In this document: positions 20,570 to 31,700 of the stretch, piece by piece
Layout: every line of letters starts with the position of its first letter
Numbering within the stretch: the first letter of the stretch is position 1
NCBI GenBank assembly: GCA_963841435.1
Contig: CAWJCS010000006.1
Span: forward strand, 1,376,001 to 1,440,000
DNA length: 64,000 nucleotides
Origin: an uncultured delta proteobacterium
Lineage (GTDB): Bacteria; Myxococcota_A; Polyangia; Polyangiales; Polyangiaceae
Direction of reading: 5' to 3'
Notes under the pieces: generated by a model
Databases searched by the model: none
Seen by the model: only the letters and a program-made list of their open reading frames with translations
Told to the model about the DNA's origin: nothing
Translations under genes and position numbers: made by a program

Positions 20570-20986
20570 ATGGAGCCCCGTCCGGGTTCGTCGGCAGCGT
20601 TGTTCGCCAAGTTGGCGGACTTCAGGAAGAATTGGATCAAAGGCGGCTGGAGCTGGGACAGCCGCTATTCCTGCGTGGCTTCTTCGTTGAATCACGACAT
20701 GGAAGCCGAGGCCCGTGCGGTGGCGCTCGCCTACCTGCCGTACGAGTGGACGTCGAAGACCATCGGCAGCGCGCCGCCCCTCGCGCGCGAGCTTGCCGAG
20801 TCGACGGGCGGCCTGCGTCCCGATCAGCGCCTCTACACCATGGACCAGCTGGGCCGCATCGTCGCCTTCGGTCTGTGGTGGCCCTGGGGTGACGAGATCA
20901 CGGTGTCGCTCCGCGTCGGCCTCGGCGGCTACGTCGGTGAGCCCGACCTCGCGCGCCTACGCGACACCTTCGGCGCGCTCGACTGA
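20570..20986 (+). CDS. Hypothetical protein
   Basis: Trp-rich globular ORF (WSWDSR, GLWWPWGD) with strong high-GC codon bias. Confidence 0.75.
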   Translation: MEPRPGSSAALFAKLADFRKNWIKGGWSWDSRYSCVASSLNHDMEAEARAVALAYLPYEWTSKTIGSAPPLARELAESTGGLRPDQRLYTMDQLGRIVAFGLWWPWGDEITVSLRVGLGGYVGEPDLARLRDTFGALD

Positions 20987-21003
20987 CGCGCGCGTCGCTC
21001 CGG

Positions 21004-21963
21004 TCACTTGACCGGCACGATGCCGCAGTCGACGAACTCGAGGCTCGTGTCGATGCGGAAGTGCGACTCCACGAGGTGACGCTCGGCCCAGAAGAAGTCG
21101 AGCCGGTATTGCTGACCGACCTGCAAACCCAGGGTATCGAGGTCGACGCTGCCCTCTTCGGAGTGGTGAATGCCGCCGAGATCGATGACGAGCGTCCCGG
21201 CAATGAAGGCCCAAACGTCGTCGTCGCCCACGAACTTGAACACCATGCCCTGCCGGTAGACGAAGTTCGTGTGAAGCTCGAACGTCATCGAGTAGTTGTG
21301 GGGGTAGCTGTTGGGGCCGAGCGTCGTGTTGCCCATGAGGCACGGCGTCTGTGGCATGGCGGGGCAGTTGGCGCCGTCGTCGAGCGGCAGGAACCCGGGC
21401 GAGCCCGTGCGGTCGAAGGTGTACACGCCGTTCGCGTCGGGCCCGACGAAGTCGAGCGTGTAGGGGATGGCCATGTTGACGCCGGGCGTGTCGACGAACC
21501 AGCTCGCGAAGGTCGACGGACCGTAGGTCGTGAGGGTGCCGCTCGCGGCGCCCGCGTACATGGGCTTCATGTCCGCGTTGACCATGCGCTGCACGATGCC
21601 GCGGTCGTCCATATTGACGGCGTTCGTGCCCTTGGGGCCGAGCTGGGGCTCGAAATCCTGGTTGGTTGTCGAGGTAAAATCGCGGAGGCGCCCCGTGAGC
21701 TGGGAGCCGAGCCCGTCGCACATGACGCCGCCCTGAATGCCGCCGCTGCCGCCGGTCGGCGAGCCCGAGCCGCCCGTCGCGCCGACGCCGATTGAGCCGC
21801 CAGACGTGACCACGGTGCCGCCCGTGGCGGCGCTGCCGCCGGTACCGGGCGCGTTGGCGACGGCGCCGGCGCCGCTGTCGATGCCACTGGTGGGCGGCGG
21901 CTCGCCCTGAGCGCTGCAGCCGATGGCGGCCGCCACCAGCAAAGTGAAGAGAGGGCCTCGCAT
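21004..21963 (-). CDS. Fibro-slime (PA14-like) domain lipoprotein
   Basis: Lipobox AIGC, GRLRDF...DFE, FVGDDDVWAFI, IDLGGIH and FFWAERH. Confidence 0.92.
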   Translation of the reverse strand: MRGPLFTLLVAAAIGCSAQGEPPPTSGIDSGAGAVANAPGTGGSAATGGTVVTSGGSIGVGATGGSGSPTGGSGGIQGGVMCDGLGSQLTGRLRDFTSTTNQDFEPQLGPKGTNAVNMDDRGIVQRMVNADMKPMYAGAASGTLTTYGPSTFASWFVDTPGVNMAIPYTLDFVGPDANGVYTFDRTGSPGFLPLDDGANCPAMPQTPCLMGNTTLGPNSYPHNYSMTFELHTNFVYRQGMVFKFVGDDDVWAFIAGTLVIDLGGIHHSEEGSVDLDTLGLQVGQQYRLDFFWAERHLVESHFRIDTSLEFVDCGIVPVK

Positions 21964-22035
21964 GCTGGGCTTTTAGCACGACTTCCGACGAGGTGCGGCT
22001 CGCCTCGCGCCGCGCCTGTTCTAGAGTGGCGCGCG

Positions 22036-23286
22036 ATGGCCCCCACCGTGGCCCCTCGCCCCGCCCACGCACCTCTCCGACCAGATCCCTCCCGGCGGCG
22101 GGCCCTCACGGTGGTGCTGCCAGTGAAACGCGGCGAGGAGGGTGCGCTCCGCGAGCGGCTCGAGGCGACGGCGAGCGACTTTCGCGCGCACCTCGTCAGC
22201 GTGCATTCGCTGCACTTCGCACGCCTCTCCCTCGTGCCGCAGGCTTCCCCGGAGGCGCCGAGCGCGCTTTTCTTCGAGACCACCTTCGACGGGGAGCCGA
22301 GCGAGCATCTGCGCGAGCTTCACCGAGCGGCGGGCCGCGAGCTCGACGGCATCCTCGCCCGCTGCGAAGGCTGGGATCCCGCGGCGGGGCGCGCGTCCTT
22401 CGAGCGGCTCGTGCGCGCCGGGGCTCAGCGCACCAGCGCGTTTTTTTCCGCTCACCCCGGGCTCGGCGTGGAGCAAATTCGGAGCGATGCGCGTCTGCAT
22501 GCCCGCGTGCGTGAGGTGCTCTTCCGAGAGCGAGGCTCGCTCGAGAGAAGGAGCCGGCTCGAGGTCCTCTTCCACGTGAAGCGCGTGCTCGGCGTGGAGT
22601 CGGGGGCGGTTTTCGCGAGCGTGCCGGACGTGCCGGCGCGCGTGACGGAGCCGTTCGGCGTCTTGCGCCTACTCGGGCCGCTCGCGCTCGCGCTCGTCGA
22701 GGACGCCGCGGTGCTCGTCGCGGAGCTCTGGGGCGGTGCGCCGCTCGTGCGGCGGGACCGGCCGCGCCGTGATCCCTGCGCGCTCTCGTTCACCGAGCCG
22801 CCGCCGCGTTCACTTGCCGTGGTGGCAGAGCTCAAGTCTGGGACTTTTCGCCGGCGCCTGCTGGTTCGCACGCTGCGCGCGCTTCAGGCGTTGTTTCAGC
22901 ACGGCGCGGCTCCGCGGGCGCTCCGAGGCATTCACGCGGTGCGCTGGGTCGTGCTCGGCGACGGGCGGCTGCTGTTCACCTCGTTTCACGACGGCAGCCT
23001 GCCGGCCCGGCTGTTCGCTCTCGAGCGCGCCGCGCGCGCCGCGCTCGGCCTCGTGGGGTCGTCGGTGCGCGGGTTCCCGCTTTCGTTTCACCAGTGGCTC
23101 GTGGGCCGTGGCGACGACGATCGGCTCCTTCTCTTCGTTCGCGCCCGGCAGCTGCCTTGCGCCGTCGCGTACTCGGCGTACCCCGGGCTCACCGTGCGCG
23201 ACGTGCGAAATAACGCAGAAATTCGCGAGATCCTCGCGGCCGAGCCGACCCCCGAGCTCGCTCGCCGGCTCCTCGAGCTCGTCTGA
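22036..23286 (+). CDS. Hypothetical protein of the type found beside Dyp peroxidases
   Basis: Two related halves (LHFAR...LFFETTFDG and IHAVRW...LLFTSFHDG), YSAYPGLTV; 2 bp from the next gene. Confidence 0.7.
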   Translation: MAPTVAPRPAHAPLRPDPSRRRALTVVLPVKRGEEGALRERLEATASDFRAHLVSVHSLHFARLSLVPQASPEAPSALFFETTFDGEPSEHLRELHRAAGRELDGILARCEGWDPAAGRASFERLVRAGAQRTSAFFSAHPGLGVEQIRSDARLHARVREVLFRERGSLERRSRLEVLFHVKRVLGVESGAVFASVPDVPARVTEPFGVLRLLGPLALALVEDAAVLVAELWGGAPLVRRDRPRRDPCALSFTEPPPRSLAVVAELKSGTFRRRLLVRTLRALQALFQHGAAPRALRGIHAVRWVVLGDGRLLFTSFHDGSLPARLFALERAARAALGLVGSSVRGFPLSFHQWLVGRGDDDRLLLFVRARQLPCAVAYSAYPGLTVRDVRNNAEIREILAAEPTPELARRLLELV

Positions 23287-23288
23287 CG

Positions 23289-24677
23289 ATGCGTGAGCTC
23301 GACAACGTCCAGGGCCTCGTGTTCTCCGGCTACGCTCGGCTGCCGTTCTCGCGCTACTTCTTCGTCCGCTTCGGCCAGGGTGACGCGCGCGGATTTCTCG
23401 GCGCGCTCGTCAATCGCGTCTCCAGCGCCGCGCGTGACGAGCGCGACGAGGAGCGACGGCTCAATCTGGCGCTCACGGCGAGCGGGCTCAGCGGCCTCGG
23501 TCTCGACGAGGAGTCCCTCGCGACCTTCGCGCCCGAGCTCGTGGAGGGCATGGAGCACCCCGAGCGCGCCGCGGCGCTCGGCGACGTGGGCGCCGACGCG
23601 CCGGCCACGTGGGAGATCGGCGGCGCCGGCACGCCGCTCGACGCGCTCGTGCTCTGCTACGGCGAGAGCCTCGCCGAGCTCGACGAAGAGGCGGAAGCGG
23701 TCTCCGAGCTGCTCGAACGTTACGACGTGGAGGCGCGAGCCGAGGACGCGTACCTGCCCGCCGACGGCAGGAGCCACTTCGGCTTCGCCGACGTGCGCTC
23801 GAACCCACGCTTTCAGCGGTTTTCGCTGGCGCGCCGCCACGCCTTCGACAAGGGCGTGCCGCTCGGGGAGTTCCTGCTCGGGCACGCGAACGCGCGGGGC
23901 GTGCGGCAAGAGGGCCCCCGCGCCCCGAGCAAGGTCGCCACGCGCGAGCTGCCGCCGCTGCTCGATCAGGGTCGCACGATGGACCTCGGCAAGAATGGCA
24001 GCTACCTCGTGTTGCGCAAGCTCGAAGAGGACGTGCTCGGCTTCCGGAGTTTTCTTGCCGAGCAGGGTGAGCGAGCGTTCCCGGAGCTGGGCGCGCGGGC
24101 GTCCGAGCGGCTTCTGGCGAGCCTCGTGGGGCGCTGGCCGAACGGCGCGCCGCTCGTGCTCGCACCCGAGGCGCCTCCCGCCGGGGCCGTCCCGCCGAAC
24201 GACTTCGGCTATCGGGACGTCGATCCGGAGGGGCTTCGCTGCCCGCTCGGCGCCCACGTCCGCCGCGCCAATCCGCGCGACGATCTCGAGGGCGAGGGCG
24301 ACGCCGCCGCGAGCCTGCGCCGCATGCGGTCGCACCGCCTGCTGCGCCGCGGGCGGCTTTACGGGCCTCGCACGCCGCCGTCGGCGGGCGACGCGCCGCG
24401 CGGGCTCTACTTCATGGCGCTCTGCACGAGCTTCTCGCGGCAGTTCGAGTTCGTGCGCGAGAGCTTGCTCGAGAACCCGAAGTACCACGGCCTTTACGAC
24501 GAACGTGACCCGCTCGTCGGTCGCCGGCGGCCCACGGACGCCGAGCCCGACGGATTTTCGATCCAGTGCGAGCCGTACGCCAAGCGCATCCCCATGCAGC
24601 GCTTCGTGCGCGTGCGAGGCGGCGCCTACCTGTTCCTGCCGAGCCTGCGCGCGCTCGCGTATCTGGCGGAGCCATGA
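23289..24677 (+). CDS. Dyp-type peroxidase
   Basis: HFGFAD, GEFLLG, NGSYLVLRKL, CPLGAHVRRANPR, RLLRRG and RQFEFV. Confidence 0.9.
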   Translation: MRELDNVQGLVFSGYARLPFSRYFFVRFGQGDARGFLGALVNRVSSAARDERDEERRLNLALTASGLSGLGLDEESLATFAPELVEGMEHPERAAALGDVGADAPATWEIGGAGTPLDALVLCYGESLAELDEEAEAVSELLERYDVEARAEDAYLPADGRSHFGFADVRSNPRFQRFSLARRHAFDKGVPLGEFLLGHANARGVRQEGPRAPSKVATRELPPLLDQGRTMDLGKNGSYLVLRKLEEDVLGFRSFLAEQGERAFPELGARASERLLASLVGRWPNGAPLVLAPEAPPAGAVPPNDFGYRDVDPEGLRCPLGAHVRRANPRDDLEGEGDAAASLRRMRSHRLLRRGRLYGPRTPPSAGDAPRGLYFMALCTSFSRQFEFVRESLLENPKYHGLYDERDPLVGRRRPTDAEPDGFSIQCEPYAKRIPMQRFVRVRGGAYLFLPSLRALAYLAEP

Positions 24678-25519
24678 AACGACGCCGTGGGCTCGGCTCG
24701 GTCGACGGGCGCGTCGCCGTGGTGACGGGCGCGGCGAGCGGCATCGGTCGCGCCGTCGCGCTCACGCTCGCCGACCGCGGCTGCAAGCTCGGTCTGCTCG
24801 ACCGGGACGAGGCCGCCCTGTCCGAGGCGGCCGCTTCGGCCAGGGACCGGGGGGCCCGGGTGCGCGCTCGGCGCCTCGACGTGCGCGATGCGCCGGCGCT
24901 CGAGCGCTTCGCCGGCGAGCTCGCGGCCGACTTCGGCGCCGTGTCCCTGCTCGTCAACGCCGCGGGCTTCGCGTTGCTCGGGCCGCTCATGGCGACCTCG
25001 GCCGAAGACTTCAGGGCGCTCCTCGACGTGAACGTCGTCGGCACGGCGAACGCCTGTCGCGCGTTCGTGCCGCACATGGCCAGCGGGGGCGCAGCGATCG
25101 TCAACGTCGCGTCGGCGGCGGCGTTCGCGACGCCGAGCGGCCTGGTCGCGTACGGCGCCACCAAGCACGCCGTGCTCGGCCTCTCGCTGGGGCTCGCCGA
25201 CGAGCTCGCCGCGCAGGGCATCGGCGTGTGCGCGCTCTGCCCCGGCTTCGTCGACACGAACATCGCCGCGCACGCCGAGCTCCGCGGGGAGAACGACCCA
25301 CGAACGGCGCGCAGCGACGCGGCCCGCTTTCTTCGCACGCGCGGGCTCTCGGCCGAGCGCGTCGCCGAGGTCGCGATCCGCGCGGCCGAGCGGGGTGACG
25401 ATGTAGTTGCGGTGGGGCTCGAGGCGCACCTCTTCGAAGCGCTTGGTCGTTGGTCGCGGCGTGCCCCTTATGCGCTCATGGCGCTCCTCCGGGCCTTCGG
25501 CGCGCGCCAAAAGACGTGA
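24674..25519 (+). CDS. SDR family oxidoreductase
   Basis: TGAASGIG, LVNAAG, YGATK and CPGFVDT. Confidence 0.93.
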   Translation: MKRRRGLGSVDGRVAVVTGAASGIGRAVALTLADRGCKLGLLDRDEAALSEAAASARDRGARVRARRLDVRDAPALERFAGELAADFGAVSLLVNAAGFALLGPLMATSAEDFRALLDVNVVGTANACRAFVPHMASGGAAIVNVASAAAFATPSGLVAYGATKHAVLGLSLGLADELAAQGIGVCALCPGFVDTNIAAHAELRGENDPRTARSDAARFLRTRGLSAERVAEVAIRAAERGDDVVAVGLEAHLFEALGRWSRRAPYALMALLRAFGARQKT

Positions 25520-25738
25520 CATTTGCGCAGGTCGCCCGCGCCTCGACCGCGCCTTCGATAAGTACCGTTGGGGACCAAAGATAACGGAGATTTACCGAGC
25601 GGATCCTGTACCCTCGCTAGTCTGCTCCTCGCCTCACAACGGAGCAGGGGAGCGGCTCCGTAAAGAATGTCTTCGATCGCCCCGAAGTCGGAAGGTCGTC
25701 GGCGCGCTGTCAGCGCGCTCGCATTGAAGCTTTGGGAA

Positions 25739-28700
25739 ATGGGGGAGGCGCTCGATGAGCGCGCCGGCAATCCCAGCGAGGTGCTCGACCTGCTCGTGAT
25801 GGCGCTCGGCAAAGGCGAGGACACCGCCGAGCTCTGGGACAAGCTGCACGAGTCCGCGACGCGCCACGGACAGACGACGGAGCTTGCCTTCGCCTACGAG
25901 CAGATGGCGGCCGACAAGCGCGTGAAGCTGATGCAGCCCGACCATCAGGCGCACCTGCATCTTCGCATGTCGTTCTTTCTCGCCGAGGCGCTCGGCGATC
26001 GCGAGGGAGCCGCGCTCGCTGCCGAGCGCGCGGTGACCGCCGTTCCGGGTCATCCGGAAGCGTTCGCGCTGCTCGAAGAGCTGCTCGCGGGTCCCGAAGG
26101 GGCTGCGCGGCTCGGTCGCCACTATTTCGACGCGAGCGCTCGAGCGGCGCAGCCGGCCGAGCGCCTCAGGCTCTTGCAGCGTGCGGCCGAAGTCGTCGCG
26201 AACGATCCGCAATCGTTCGATCTTGCCGTGGAGGTCGAGCAACAGCTTTTCGTGCTCGATCCGTCCAACAGCGCCGTCCGGGACGACCTCATGCAGCGGC
26301 TCATCGCGCGGGGTCGGCACCAGCAGGTCGTCGAGCTACTCGAGACGTCGCTGAGACGCGAGCCGCCGCCCGACGCCGACGAGGCGAAGCTCCTTCGCGA
26401 GCAGGCGATGGACATCTGCCTCGGCGTGCTGCACGACTCGCCGCGCGCCCTCGCGCACGTCGAGGGCATCCTCACGCTCTATCCGACCCACGCTCACGCG
26501 CGCAAGCTCGCCGAGGAGCTCCTGCCGCACCGGCAGCTCGGCTTGCGGGCGGCGGCGGCGCTCTCCACGGCGTTCGAGAAAACCGGTGAGGTGGAGCGCG
26601 CCGTCGAGATGCTCGGGCACGAGCTCACGCTCGTGCGGGGCCCGCGGCGCGTCGAGGTGCAACGCAAGCTCGGCATCCTGCGCCAGGACGTGCTGGCCGA
26701 TCCCGCGGGCGCGCTCGAGCTGCTCGGGCCCGTCGTGGCAGGCGATCCCGGCGACGATGATCTCAGAGGCCGCTTCGTCCAGCTGAGCCTCGAGCTCGGC
26801 CAGTCAGCGCAGGCCGCACGCCTTCTGTCCCGCGCCCTGCAAACGAGCCGGGACGCGGGGGTTCGGGCTCGCGTGGCCGCGGACGTCGGCGAGGTGTACC
26901 TGCGCTCGGGCGATTCGCGTCGTGCCGTTGCGGCCTTCCAGCAGGCTACGGAGATCGGCGCCGACGACGTGGGGTCGTTGCGCTCGGCCAAGCGTCTCAC
27001 GGAGCTGTTCGACGAGGCCAAGGAGCCGGCGCAGCTCGCCGCAGCGCTCGAGATCGTCACTCGCCTGGAGCCCGAGCTGGAGGATCGGCAACGCTCCGCG
27101 CGGCGGCTCGCCGAGCTCATCGAGCGGCAGCCGGGCGAAGCCGCGCGTGCCGCCACGGCCTGGCGCGCCCTGATCGGCTCGGCGTGGAACGCGGAGGCGC
27201 TCGATCGGCTCGAAGCCATCTACCGAGAGTCCGGCGACGAAGAAGGGCTCGCCGACGTGCTCGGTCTTCGCGCCGAGGCGACCTCGGATCCGGAGACCGC
27301 GCGCAGCCTCGCGTTCCAGGCGGCCGAGCTGCGCTCGAACCGGCCGCGCGACCGCGCCGCCGCGATCGACGCGTGGCTGACGCTCGCCACGCGCTTCGGG
27401 CACACGCCGGAGATCGATGCGCGTCTCCTGCCCCTGCTCGAGGCGGAAGGGCGTTTCGCCGATGTCGCGTTCGTGCTCGAGCGGCGTGCCGAGGCGGCGC
27501 CGCCCGAAGAGCGCACCGAGCTGCTCGTCCGGCTCGGCCAGCTGCGTGCCGGGCACCTCGCCGATACCGCCGGCGCCCTCGCCGCGTTCTCGGAGGTGAT
27601 CCGTACGAGCCCGAGCGAACCGAACGCGCGCGCGGCGCTCGAGCGACTGCTCGGCGCGGGCGAGCACCGGCTCGCGGCCGCGGACGTGCTCGAGCCGATC
27701 TACCGCTCCGAAAACGCCGCCGCCGAGCTCTTGCACGTCCTCGAAGTGCGCGCGGAGCTCGGCTCACCCGAGGAAACCTTCGCTCGCCTCGAAGAGGCGC
27801 TCACGCTTGCGCAGAACCCGCTCGAAAATCAGGACCAGGCGCTCGAGATTGCCGGCTGGGGTCTCGAGCGTGCCGTGGCGCTCAACGGCGACGTGCGTCG
27901 CTGGCTCGGCGAGGTCGAGCGGCTCGGCAGCGGGGCGAGCCAGTGGCGTGCGGTGTTTCTCGCCGATGCGCTGGCCGACCGCACGGTCGACACGCCCGAG
28001 CTCTTCGATCTCGCGCGTGCCGCCGGTGCCGGCCTGGCGCAGGCGGGGGATCTCCCGCGAGCCATCGAGGTCTATCGACGCGCGCTCGTCTACGCGCCGA
28101 GCTCGCGCGAGCTCTTGAATCGCGTCGACGAGCTGCTCGCGCAACAGGGCGCCCCCGAGCAGCGCCTCGGGCTCTACCTTTCGGCACTCGTCGAGGAGCG
28201 CGAGCCTGCGCGCCGCCGCGAGCTGCTCCACGCGATGGCCACGTTGCAGGGGCGAGAGCTCGCCGATCCGAGCGGAGCCCTGGCCACCTACCGCATGGCG
28301 ATCGGCGAGGACCCACGCGATCTCGTCGCGCACGACGCCATCGCGGCCGCGCTCTCCGCCGCGACGGACTGGAACGGCCTCTACGAAGAGCTCGCGCGCG
28401 TGTTGCCGCTCACCGAGGGCGAGCGGCGGAGCATGACGCTGCTTCGCCTGGGCGAGGTCGCCGCGCTGCGTGGCGATGCGGGCGCGGCGCTCGGCCACTA
28501 TCGCGAGCTCATGGAGGCGGCCGATCTCTCGGACGACGTGCTCGACATGGTGGAGCACCTCGCGCGCGAGTGTGGAGACGGCGAGACCGCGCGCGCGGCC
28601 CTCGACCGGCGCCTTTCGCGCAACCCCGACGCACCGACGCGCGCCGTGCTGCTCGAGCGGCTCGGCAACGTGCTCGCGTGGATGCTGGAGGACCGACCGA

Positions 28701-31700
28701 ACGCGGCGCGCACCTGGCTCGAAGGCGCGCGGCTCTCGCTCGGCCCCGGCGGCGATCGCGAGCGGGCACGCCAGCTCTACGAGCGCGTGCTCGACGCCGA
28801 CCCGACCTCGCGCGAGGCGGCGGAGCGGCTCGTCGAGCTACTCGCCGAGGCCGGCGACTGGGAGCGCCTCGAAGAGGTGTTCGGCGTGCTCGTGGGGCTC
28901 GCCGGCGAACGCGACGTGATCATGCTCTTGCTCGGCCTCGAGGAGCGGGCCAACGAGGCGGCTCGCAGCGACGCCTTCGTGCGGCTGCTCGACGCCGGAA
29001 TCGCGCGCGTCGGGTCGGGGCGCGCTCGACACCTGCTGCTCGCCAAGGCGCGCGCGCTCGGCCACGCACCGGGCCGCGCCGACGAGGCCGTGGCGCTCTA
29101 CCGGAGCTTGCTCGAGCGGGCAGGGGACGACGCGGCGGCCGATGCCGAAGCGTTCTCGAGCTTTTTGCGCTCGGTGCCGCTCGGGCCCGAGCGCGCCCAG
29201 GATCTTCGCTGGCTCTTCGAGTGGCGGCTCGCGCGCACGGCGAGCCCCACGGACGTGCTCGGCGAGTGGGCGAAGGTCGAGGACGAGCGCTTCGAGAATC
29301 AGAAGGGGGCCGCCGACCTCTACGCGCGCCTCGTCGAGATCGATCCCGATCGCATCGACGCGTGGGGTGAGATTGCGCGCCTGGAGCTCGGGCTCGGCCG
29401 CACGGAGCGAGCCTACGAGGCGCTCGAAGCGCTCAAGGCGCGCACCGAGGGCGAGACGCGCCACGCGGCGGCCGTGAAGCTCGCGGGGCTTTTGGTCTCG
29501 CCGCTCGGCCGGCCCGAGGAGGCGCTCGACACGCTGATGCCCGTTCTCGACGCGAACCCGGGTGACCTCGAGGCCCTGCGCATCGTGCACCGCGTTTTCG
29601 ACGTGCCCGAGTGCCGGGCGCGTGCCTCGGCGCTGCTCGAACGCATCGCGTCGCTGTCCGACGATCGCGTGGCGCGTGCCGAGGTCATCGAGGCGCTGCT
29701 CGCCGTTTCGGCGGAGGCGCCGGAGCTGGCGCGGGCTCGCACGCGCTGGTTGACCCAGCTCTTGCGCACCAAAAAGGACAAGCCGGAAGAGGGGCTCGTC
29801 CTCGCGTTGCAAGGGGCGGAAGCCGCTCCCGAGGAGACCGAGCTCTGGGACCTAGCCCACGAGATGGTGCGCAAGACGGGCGATCCGACCCCCGTCGCCG
29901 AGACCTACGAGCGCACGCTCGAACGCGCGCTGTCGCCCGAGGTCGCCGACCGAATGGGTCAGCGCATGGTCGAGTTCCTCGAGGAGTGGTTCGACGACCC
30001 GGACCGCATCCTTGCCGTGCTCGAACGCGTGCTCACGTTGTCGCCGGCGGCGGCCTGGGCCTTCGAGCGCCTGAAGCTCGCCTTCAACTCCGCCGGGCGC
30101 TGGCCGGAGCTGTTCGCGCTCTACGATAGAAGGCTCGCCGCGGGCATGGAGGACCAGGGCGAGGAAGTGGCGCTCCTACGCGAGGCCGCTATGGCGGCCA
30201 AGGACTTCGCGAGCGACGCCGAGCGCGCCATCGGGTACCTCGAGCAGCTCAATCAGCGCTCGCCGGGGGACGGTCGCGTCGAATCGACCCTCGAGCGCCT
30301 GTACGAGCGGCACGGTCGTACGCGGCCGCTCATCGACCTCTTGAGCGCGCGTCTCGCGAGCTCGAGCGCGGCGGACAGCGGTGAGCTGGCGGCGCGCGTC
30401 GCGGCGCTGTGGCTCGACCTCGGCGAAACGGTGCCGGCGTTCGGGCTCTCCGAAGGGCTGCTCGAGTCCGGCAAGCACGACGCCGCCGCGATCGCGCTGC
30501 TCGAACGCATTTTGACGTTGCCGCAGGCGAGCGAGCAGTCGACGGACGAGGACGCGCCGAGCGTGCTCGAACAGACGGCTTTGTTGCTCGAGAAGCGCTA
30601 CCGCGCGGAGGACAGCCCCGTCGATGTCGTGCGCATGCTCGAGATCGAGGTGGATTCGTCGACGGACGCCGCGCAAAAGGCGAAGCTGCTCGGCGAGGTG
30701 GCGTCGCTCAGGCGCGAGCGGCTCGCCGATCCCGAGGGCGCGTTCGAGACGCTCGTCGAGCTCGTGACGCTCGACCCGACCAGCGTCAATCGCGCGCGCC
30801 TCGCCGAGCTCGCCGGCGAGCTCGGCAGCGAAGATCGCCGTGCGGACACGCTCGTCAGCGTGGCTCGTGCCGCGACGACGGGCGAGGTCGCCGCCGAGCT
30901 CTTGCTCGAGGCGGCGGGCGTTGCGGACCAGAAGCTTCAACAGCCCGAGCGCGCCGTCGAGCTGTTGCGCGACGTCGTCAAGCTGCGCGACAAGAAGCCG
31001 GACGCGGGCCTCGCCGCCGCACGGCGCCTGAGCGAGCTATTGCGCGAATCCGCGCAGCACCCCGAGCTCGTGTCGTTGCTCGAGATCGTCGCCGCGCTCG
31101 AGAGCGACCCCGCGGCCCGCCGCGAGGCCCTGGGAGAGGCCGCCGAGCTCAGCATTTCGGCGCTTTCGGACCCCGCGCGTGCCATCCGCAACTACGGCGT
31201 GCGCCTCGGTCTCGACGCCAAGGACCGCGTGGCTCTCGACGGCCTGTGCCGGGCGCTCGAGCTCGCGGGGCGCTGGGACGAGCTCGTCGAAGCGCTCGAG
31301 TCGCGCGCCAAGCAGAGCGAGGACGCCGAGGCGCGCGCGGATCGGGTACGAATCGCCCAGATCCAGACCGAGGTGAAGGGTGATCTTGCCGCCGGCGTGC
31401 TCGCCTGGCTGCACCTGCGCAAGAAGCACGGGCCGGATCTCGAGAGCTTCGAGGGGCTCGGCAGCTTGCTCTTTGCGAGCTCGCGCTTCGAGGAGCTTGC
31501 CGCGCTCTACGTGAGCGAGATCGAGCATGAGGAGGGCGAGGAGCGACGCCGCAGCCTCTTCGAGCGCCTCGGTGACGTGCACGAGAACCGCACGGGCGAG
31601 CGGCTGCTCGCACTCGACGCCTACGCGGCCGCGGGCACCTTCGGAGCCGCGATGCGCGTCGCCGGGCAGCGGAGCGCCGACTCGAGCGCCGACATCGAGG

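Noticed and set aside
19418-20695. N-terminal extension of the GH1 ORF (878 aa)
   Set aside because: Shadow frame of the DAHP synthase gene; GH1 starts at MTFPQ (19417).
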